DNA of 64,000 nucleotides from Clostridia bacterium (GTDB lineage Bacteria; Bacillota; Clostridia; JAAYHZ01): NCBI GenBank assembly GCA_050950825.1, contig JBMNIH010000004.1, positions 608,001 to 672,000 of the forward strand, read 5' to 3'. Shown piece by piece: positions 1 to 6,865 of this stretch (position 1 is its first letter; each line of letters starts with the position of its first letter). The notes under the pieces were generated by a model. It saw only the letters and a program-made list of their open reading frames with translations, ran no database searches and was not told where the DNA came from. The position numbers and the translations under genes were made by a program.

Positions 1-1701
1 AGGAAAGCGGATGATAAGCTTCACCGTTTTTACGAGCGGATCCAAGCATACAAGGACAAGGATATAACATTCGATTACGATCAAGATGCAAAACCGTATC
101 CGACGGATGAAACAAAAGGCGGAAGCGGTTCCGATCCGAGAGAAAAAATAACAAGGGATGCCCTGCGGATAAAAGAAAACGAAAATACGTTCGAGCCGGT
201 TATAATGGGTGAAATGCCGGGAGAATCAAAGGATTTTCTCGACGGATTGCCGTCTCGTTTGATGAAAACCATGACAAACGATATTTATGATTTTTCGATA
301 CATGACCCGGAATTCGGCGAAGGTGATGGGGAAGGGACCTCGGAGAAAGCGCTGAATAAGGCAACCGGGTTTTTCAGCGGATTGAAAGAAGTAATGAAAA
401 ACGATTGGAACGAATTGATCGAGGAAATCTACTTTAACGAATATATTATGCAAACCATGAAAAACGCCGTTACGGGGAGCAATGAAGAAAAGATCAACGT
501 TTACGGCTCCGGCAAGGAGGAGATGGCTGCGAAAGAGTATTTTGATATTCGAGGAAATCTAATAAGAGAGCGAAGCTCCTATTTTAAAAAAGGTGAAGCG
601 GAATACATCATAGTCGGAAACCGATCCGAAGCGGTGAATATCTCCGTTGTGAAAAGCGAAATATTGGCCATCCGGTTTGCCATGAATCTGTTGGGAGCCT
701 ATATGGACAAGAGCAAAACCGCTTTGGCAAGTACAATCGCCCTTTCAACGGTAGGCTGGACCGGTATCGGCGTACCTTTGATGAAGACGCTCATTATGTG
801 TGCATGGGCTTTTGCAGAGTCGGTGACCGATGTCATAAAGCTTACGGAAGGGAAAACCGTTCCTTTTTACAAAACGGATTTTTACTTGGATATCGGATTG
901 GCGGACATAGGGAAAACGGTGGAGAACGTCATCGAAAAAGCGGCAAAAAATTCATTGGAAAATATCGAGAAAAGTGCATTGGACAAAGGAAAAAATTTGA
1001 TTTACAAGATTGCGGAGAACACGGTGGATCGGTACCTTCTCGAAAAGGGATTTTATACGGTTTCCGAAAACCTATATGAGCAGTTGGAATGGCGAGATTC
1101 GGAATTTGATACAAGCTCTGACGGTGTTTTTCAAACCGTCCAAGGAATGATTCACGATTGGTTGAAAGAAACATACAACAAAAGGATTGAAAGCTTAACG
1201 GACCGTATTAACGAAACCGGCGATTATCTAAAAGAAACCATAATGATAAGCTTGGAATACCAATTGGACGAGCATAACCCCAACGGATTGTATCGAAAAA
1301 TTACGAATTATCTTGATTCCATAAATACAAGCTTGGCGGACATTGCCGGGTCTGCAGTAGGATCTTTATTTGCTTTCGATGTCTTTGTCGAATCCGATGG
1401 AACAAGCTCACTGCAAAGCGGTATGAAAATCCTTCCTTTATCCTATAACGACTACATACGAATTTTATTGCTTTTACAAGGAAAGGATAAGGTCCTGTAT
1501 CGAACCCTTGATTTGATTCAACTGAACATGCAGCAAAAAGACCGAGATTTTTATATCTCCCGACAAAATGCATACGTGAACGTAGAGGTTGAAGTATCGA
1601 TACCGTATTTATTTCCTACCGGGATGTTTATCAACGACAAGCTGAAGGATCAAGAGAAAAAAAGACACGTGATAAGGGCGGTGGTTGTGAAAGGATATTA
1701 A
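1..1701 (+). CDS. DUF5702-like protein of the clostridial Tad/Flp pilus locus (5'-truncated by the window edge)
   Basis: Frame is open from base 1 to TAA at 1699-1701. Motifs EAEYIIVGNRSEAVN...IRFAMN, WAFAESVTDVIKL..GKTVPFYK and LSYNDYIRILLL are typical of DUF5702 proteins. Lies directly upstream of TadE and prepilin peptidase genes. Confidence 0.75.
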   Translation, partial: RKADDKLHRFYERIQAYKDKDITFDYDQDAKPYPTDETKGGSGSDPREKITRDALRIKENENTFEPVIMGEMPGESKDFLDGLPSRLMKTMTNDIYDFSIHDPEFGEGDGEGTSEKALNKATGFFSGLKEVMKNDWNELIEEIYFNEYIMQTMKNAVTGSNEEKINVYGSGKEEMAAKEYFDIRGNLIRERSSYFKKGEAEYIIVGNRSEAVNISVVKSEILAIRFAMNLLGAYMDKSKTALASTIALSTVGWTGIGVPLMKTLIMCAWAFAESVTDVIKLTEGKTVPFYKTDFYLDIGLADIGKTVENVIEKAAKNSLENIEKSALDKGKNLIYKIAENTVDRYLLEKGFYTVSENLYEQLEWRDSEFDTSSDGVFQTVQGMIHDWLKETYNKRIESLTDRINETGDYLKETIMISLEYQLDEHNPNGLYRKITNYLDSINTSLADIAGSAVGSLFAFDVFVESDGTSSLQSGMKILPLSYNDYIRILLLLQGKDKVLYRTLDLIQLNMQQKDRDFYISRQNAYVNVEVEVSIPYLFPTGMFINDKLKDQEKKRHVIRAVVVKGY

Positions 1702-1702
1702 G

Positions 1703-2899
1703 ATGGGAAAAAGGACGAAGAAAACGATTCAAAAAACGCTCCGGTCCGAAAAAGGCGGTTTAACGGTCGAAGCATCCGTTGCTTTGCCGTTGTTTGTACT
1801 GACCGTATATTTGCTTTTGTACCTCATTCAAATTGCCCTTATACACAACAGGATGCAGCAGGCATTAACCGAGGTGGCTTTTGAAACCGGTCATTACATA
1901 ACGGCTTACATGAAAACGGGAATAGACGAAGAAGTCGATACGGTTTTTAATCTCCTTTATCGCTTGCTTCAAAAAATCAATTCGGAGCAAGGGGATCCTG
2001 AAGCCTTTTTGCAATACGATAAACCGGTAACGTCTTTTTTTGCTTCCGTTATAAAGCAAAAAGCCCGGGACGGTCTGTCAAATGTCGTATTTCGAAATAT
2101 GATCAAAAAATATCTGTCCGACGGCAAAGGTGTAAGAAAAAACCCGGAATTTGTCGGGATTGCAGGAGGGATTGACGGGTTGGACTTTAGCGGATCCAAA
2201 ATACTTGAGGATCAAAGAACCTTGGAGTTGACGGTACGGTATGAAATTCAACCTGTTATCAATGCGGGAAATTGGATTCGGTTTCAAATGGAAAATACGG
2301 CGGCAATCATCCCGTGGCAGGAAGGAGGTAATGCCGATAGTATCAAAGAGGAAGCCTTCAGTGCATGGGTTGATCTTTCGCCCGTCGACAGAGGAATGTA
2401 TATCATCGACCGGGAGATTGCCGGCTTTTTGAACCGTAATAAAGACAAGGAGATTGTTATTTATAACGGGAAAGCCTTTAAAGCAGGAGTATTGTTTTCC
2501 CGGTCGGATGTATTTGAGGAAATCGTGAATATTAGAAGCATCGATTGTACGCTGCCTTCTTACCGTAACGAAACGGTTTTTATCGAGACCGTCATGGAAG
2601 AAATCCGGGATACCGGAACACCGAACCGATTCAAGGATTTTAATACGGGACGATTGTTGAAAATGGACAATAACACCAAAAGAACATTAATTGTTGTTCT
2701 TCCGGAGGGAGTCACGATTTCGGATACGATTCTTCATCCGTGCCGTGAATACGCTCGACTTTGGGATGTGAATTTGGTCTTTAAATATGCTTACGGAAAA
2801 CCGAAAAACGGCACCGGTATATTCTTTTTCGGTGATTCGAATGATAATGATTTTGAAAAACCGCTGCTAAACGGCAGCCCGGCAGAGAAAGCCCGATAG
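1703..2899 (+). CDS. TadE/TadG-like pseudopilin with a C-terminal CdiA EC869-like nuclease-fold domain (appears degenerate)
   Basis: Basic leader, then G|GLTVEASVALPLF (prepilin cleavage site, Glu+5) and a hydrophobic helix. GLDFSGS motif. C-terminal segment WVDLSPVDRG...IRSIDCTLPSYRN...RTLIVVLPE...EYARLWDVNLVF. Confidence 0.8.
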   Translation: MGKRTKKTIQKTLRSEKGGLTVEASVALPLFVLTVYLLLYLIQIALIHNRMQQALTEVAFETGHYITAYMKTGIDEEVDTVFNLLYRLLQKINSEQGDPEAFLQYDKPVTSFFASVIKQKARDGLSNVVFRNMIKKYLSDGKGVRKNPEFVGIAGGIDGLDFSGSKILEDQRTLELTVRYEIQPVINAGNWIRFQMENTAAIIPWQEGGNADSIKEEAFSAWVDLSPVDRGMYIIDREIAGFLNRNKDKEIVIYNGKAFKAGVLFSRSDVFEEIVNIRSIDCTLPSYRNETVFIETVMEEIRDTGTPNRFKDFNTGRLLKMDNNTKRTLIVVLPEGVTISDTILHPCREYARLWDVNLVFKYAYGKPKNGTGIFFFGDSNDNDFEKPLLNGSPAEKAR

Positions 2900-2922
2900 G
2901 AGACGAAGGAGAATACATAAAG

Positions 2923-3468
2923 TTGAAGAATTTAAACGGCTTATTGCCGAAAAAAACCTTTCGATATGTTATATGTTTTATAGGTTTTTTGATTTGGATC
3001 GGTTTTCTTCTTTATATGGAAAATCGGTCGGGGTATCGAATATTTCATTGGTTCGGCCTTGCTATCTTATGCTTTGCAGCCGTTCAAGATTCGGTTGAAG
3101 GAAAGGTTCGTCCGCTATTATGGGGCTTGCTTTTATTATTCGAATTCTCTGCTTTCCTTTTAAATCCGAAACGAACGGACTTTTCCGAGTCGGTTTCCGT
3201 TCTCGTGTTTGGAGTTTTGCTGGGGGTTGTATTCCTGATCTTTAAAAACCATATCGGGCTAGCCGATATCATGGTATTGATTTCCTTATCATTCGGATTC
3301 GGTGTTCCCGTTATCGTAACCGGTCTTGTAATATCATGCTTTTTCATATTTATCGTCGGTATTATTTTAAAGTTTATAAAAAAACGGGAACCGAAGGACG
3401 GGATCCCTCTGATTCCGATTCTTTGTTTATCGTTATTGGTGCTTTATATAGCAGGTTTAATTGATTGA
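2923..3468 (+). CDS. Prepilin peptidase, A24 family (TadV/CpaA-like)
   Basis: Highly hydrophobic 181 aa. Both catalytic Asp motifs are present (AVQDSVEGKV, IGLAD), plus the C-terminal IPLIP motif. SD AAGGAG precedes a TTG start. Confidence 0.8.
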   Translation: MKNLNGLLPKKTFRYVICFIGFLIWIGFLLYMENRSGYRIFHWFGLAILCFAAVQDSVEGKVRPLLWGLLLLFEFSAFLLNPKRTDFSESVSVLVFGVLLGVVFLIFKNHIGLADIMVLISLSFGFGVPVIVTGLVISCFFIFIVGIILKFIKKREPKDGIPLIPILCLSLLVLYIAGLID

Positions 3469-3528
3469 CTTCAATGAAAGTACAAAAGACGAAAGGAGTG
3501 CGGACCTTGGCAATGCCAAGAAAATAAA

Positions 3529-5049
3529 ATGGAAAAGGACTTACTGGATTTATTCGATATTTCTTATACGAATTCGGTGACATCAAGTCATGTCGTATTC
3601 ACTGCTCGATCGGATCTTCCTTTTTATATCCACCAACTGAAGATGCTTGGTTATAACCAAAAATCTTTGAAAACCGTTATTCCGCCGGACTATAGAAAAA
3701 GAAACGATTCTACGGAGTTCTTTTACGATATTACTTCGAAAAAAACGTTAACGGATTTTTTGTATAAAAACATTTTGAACAAGGAGGAAGTGATTCATAT
3801 TCTGTCCGGTATCGTCGAGACCTTATGCGATTGCGAAAGCTACCTCTTGTCGGCGGATAAATTTGTTCTCGATACGGACTATATGTACATAGATCCCGAC
3901 GGAGATACCATCCGCATGATCTATTTACCCGTCAAACAATCGTTTGATGCAACGGAGCAATTGAAAAAATTTTTAATCGAGTTTATTTCGCTAAAAGCGA
4001 AAATATCAACGGAGCAAAACGATAACTATACACAGCGAATATTGGAATATATCAAGGAAGATCATGTGAGTATCCGCGGTATCAAAAGCTTGCTTGAACA
4101 ACTGGGGAACAATGCACCCTTAGAAAAGCAAGAAAGAGATCAAAAAGAATCGCATTTCGAAACGTATGCCGAATTTCCATACAATCCCGGTAAACACCCG
4201 GATCAAGCTTCGGAAAAGTCGAAAAAAAACTTGAAAAAAAGAACGTCCGAAAAACCTAAGAGTATGGATGTAAAGATTCCCGGTATCCGGAGTCTGCCTG
4301 AAGAATGTTACGAAAAAGTGAAAAGAACAAACGGAAAAGCCCGGCATGCTTACTTGCTACTGTTTTTGATCGGTATTCTTGCGTTTATTTTTATTGCAGG
4401 AACCGTCCTTATTGGACGAGGGGGAAAAGGTCAAAAAGGTCTTCAAATCTTTGGATTGTTCATCCTTTTATCCGGAATCGGTTATATCTTCTTCAATCGA
4501 TTCGGGCGTAAAAAAACCGGTGAGAATGAAGATAGCAAAGAACGGTTGGAGAAAACCGAAAAAGAAAAGGACAAGCCCAAGCTCAAAGAAAAGCAAATTA
4601 ACATACCGATCCCCGTATTTCAATCGGTAAAAGAGGAGAAGAAAGAAGCTCCCGTCGAAAAGAACGGTACCTTTATCCCGTCCGATAAACATATAAATAC
4701 GGAAAACGAGGAACTTATGCATACCGTTGTGCTGAGCGGCGGGAATAGGAAGGTGCTGTATTTACATAAATCCGGTTCCAACATGAAAATTTTCATCACC
4801 GCCACACCCTTTGTACTGGGCAGACTTCGTGAATTCTCCGATTTTGCCATTAATAACCCTGCCATCGGTAAATCTCATTGCGAAATTTCCTATGATGACA
4901 ACGGCGTTTACGTAAAGGATTTGGATTCTAAAAACGGGACTTACGTAAATGATATTAAATTGGAGCCCGGAAGGAGGGTTACGGTACAAGACGGTGACCG
5001 GCTGGGTATTGCTAACGAAAGCTTCGTAATTAAATATCCGGCAGACTAA
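3529..5049 (+). CDS. DUF6382 domain + two transmembrane helices + C-terminal FHA domain protein
   Basis: N-terminal YDITSKKTL...ESYLLSADKFVLDTDYMYID..IYLP (DUF6382-like). Two hydrophobic helices at about aa 275-322. FHA motifs LGR...GKSH...DLDSKNGTYVN. Confidence 0.8.
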   Translation: MEKDLLDLFDISYTNSVTSSHVVFTARSDLPFYIHQLKMLGYNQKSLKTVIPPDYRKRNDSTEFFYDITSKKTLTDFLYKNILNKEEVIHILSGIVETLCDCESYLLSADKFVLDTDYMYIDPDGDTIRMIYLPVKQSFDATEQLKKFLIEFISLKAKISTEQNDNYTQRILEYIKEDHVSIRGIKSLLEQLGNNAPLEKQERDQKESHFETYAEFPYNPGKHPDQASEKSKKNLKKRTSEKPKSMDVKIPGIRSLPEECYEKVKRTNGKARHAYLLLFLIGILAFIFIAGTVLIGRGGKGQKGLQIFGLFILLSGIGYIFFNRFGRKKTGENEDSKERLEKTEKEKDKPKLKEKQINIPIPVFQSVKEEKKEAPVEKNGTFIPSDKHINTENEELMHTVVLSGGNRKVLYLHKSGSNMKIFITATPFVLGRLREFSDFAINNPAIGKSHCEISYDDNGVYVKDLDSKNGTYVNDIKLEPGRRVTVQDGDRLGIANESFVIKYPAD

Positions 5050-5057
5050 TCGAATGA

Positions 5058-5086
5058 TTGCAAAATGGATACGGCTGCGTTATGAT
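5058..5086 (+). promoter_or_regulatory. Putative sigma-A promoter of the URO-D-like gene
   Basis: TTGCAA-17 nt-TATGAT, upstream of SD AAAGGAG and ATG at 5130. Confidence 0.55.
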
Positions 5087-5129
5087 AAGAAAAATTAATC
5101 CTATTTTTTAAGTAAAAAGGAGCTAAATA

Positions 5130-6263
5130 ATGGATGCAGTTTTACGGGGTATTGAAAAAACGAAAAATTTCTATCAAATGAAAAAAGATTCTCCGCTCGT
5201 GATGAAGGAGTTTGGATATTATTCTTTGGATCGATGGGCAAGAGAAGGATACATCGACAAGGAGAAGAAGAAAGATCCGAATTACCTAAGAGAGCTCTTC
5301 GGATTTGATTATCCGGGAGAAGCTTATTTACAATGCTTAGGATGGTGCGAAGCCGCCTTTTGTCCGGATTTTGAGATCAAGGTTATTGAAGACAGAGGTA
5401 AATACGAGGTGGTTCAAGACCATGCGGGACGTTATGTTTTATACTTTAAAGGTAGGCGTGACGGTTTCATGCCGGAATATTTGGATCACCCCGTGAAGGA
5501 CATGGAGAGCTGGAAGCGAAACTGCGAATGGCGAATGGATCCTCTTGCGCCCGGGAGAGAAAAGCTTCTGGAGAATAATCTGAATCATGTAATAAAATCG
5601 AGAGACCGGGGTATGTTTATTACCCAAAAAGTAATCGGCGGATATATGTATCTTCGAAGCCTGATGGGCCCGGAACGAGTTTTATATATGTTTTACGACG
5701 ATCCGGAACTGATTCATATGTGCATGAGAAAATGGTTCGAATTGGCCGATTATGTAACCGCTTATTTCCAAAAAGAAGTCACCATAGACCAGCTGTTTCT
5801 TGCAGAGGATATCTGCTATAACCGTGGATTGTTAATTTCTCCGGATATGATAAGAGAGTTTTTGCTTCCTTACTACAAACAGTTGATCGAAAACATAAAG
5901 AAACGCCAAATCGACCGCTCTCGCCATCTTTTTATCCAAATCGATACGGACGGATTTGCCGACCCTGCCATTGATGTCTATTTGGAAATCGGTATGGACG
6001 TTATGAGCCCCTTTGAAGTGGCCGCCAACTGTGATGTACTGAGAACAGCGGAAAAGTACCCCGAGCTTCGAATTACGGGAGGAATGGATAAAAGAGTTTT
6101 GGCTACGACAAAAGACGAAATCGACAAAATGGTGGATCGGATATGTTCGGTTATGAGAAAAAGAGGAGGATACATTCCTACCTGCGACCACGGTGTTCCC
6201 GAGGAAGTAAGCTTTGAAAACTATATGCATTTTAGAAAAAGATTGCTGGAATACTCCGTTTGA
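5130..6263 (+). CDS. Uroporphyrinogen decarboxylase-like / MtaA-CmuA family TIM-barrel protein
   Basis: Motifs LRSLMGPE, EDICYNRGLLISP, IDTDG, GGMDKR, GGYIPTCDHGVPEEV. Confidence 0.75.
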   Translation: MDAVLRGIEKTKNFYQMKKDSPLVMKEFGYYSLDRWAREGYIDKEKKKDPNYLRELFGFDYPGEAYLQCLGWCEAAFCPDFEIKVIEDRGKYEVVQDHAGRYVLYFKGRRDGFMPEYLDHPVKDMESWKRNCEWRMDPLAPGREKLLENNLNHVIKSRDRGMFITQKVIGGYMYLRSLMGPERVLYMFYDDPELIHMCMRKWFELADYVTAYFQKEVTIDQLFLAEDICYNRGLLISPDMIREFLLPYYKQLIENIKKRQIDRSRHLFIQIDTDGFADPAIDVYLEIGMDVMSPFEVAANCDVLRTAEKYPELRITGGMDKRVLATTKDEIDKMVDRICSVMRKRGGYIPTCDHGVPEEVSFENYMHFRKRLLEYSV

Positions 6264-6282
6264 TCATGTTTCTTTGATATTG

Positions 6283-6312
6283 AAAAGGGTGCGCCTAAGC
6301 GGCACCCTTTTT
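6283..6312. terminator. Intrinsic terminator, probably bidirectional
   Basis: AAAAGGGTGC-loop-GCACCCTTTTT between convergent genes. Confidence 0.75.
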
Positions 6313-6328
6313 AAATTGGTCTTTAAAC

Positions 6329-6355
6329 AAAAAGGATGTCCTTTTTAGACATCCC
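6329..6355 (-). terminator. Intrinsic terminator of trxA
   Basis: Minus strand reads GGATGTC-TAAAAAG-GACATCC followed by TTTTT. Confidence 0.6.
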
Positions 6356-6380
6356 GACGTCTCCTTTGTGTTTTCAATGT

Positions 6381-6707
6381 TTAGATATGCTTGTCGAGCA
6401 TTTGGACGAAAGTTTCATAAGGCCTTACCCCGACAACCTGTTCCACGATTTTTCCGTTTTTCATCAATACCACGGTAGGTATGCTCCTTACTCCGAAACG
6501 CGCAGCCAGTTCGTTCTCTTCATCCACGTCCACTTTACCGATGACGGCTTTATCCGAGTAATTATCATACAGTTTATCAATGGTAGGTGCTAACATTCGA
6601 CAAGGTCCGCACCATCCTGCCCAGAAATCTATCAAAACGGGTTTGTCGGATTTGAGTACGACATCATCAAAATTCTTCTTGGTTATGATTGTTGCCATTA
6701 TCATCAT
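6381..6707 (-). CDS. trxA: Thioredoxin
   Basis: DFWAGWCGPC active site, VRSIPT, 108 aa, SD AAGGAG. Confidence 0.95.
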   Translation of the reverse strand: MMIMATIITKKNFDDVVLKSDKPVLIDFWAGWCGPCRMLAPTIDKLYDNYSDKAVIGKVDVDEENELAARFGVRSIPTVVLMKNGKIVEQVVGVRPYETFVQMLDKHI

Positions 6708-6865
6708 CTCTCCTTATGGTTTATTTCTATTTTCACAGTAATTATAACCTTTATAAATTATCGTTACTGTAACAATGTCACACAATCGAATAAATTTCAA
6801 AATTTATTTATAGCATACCTATTAATCTCAATAATATGTCATTTTCAATACAAATTCAACCGATT

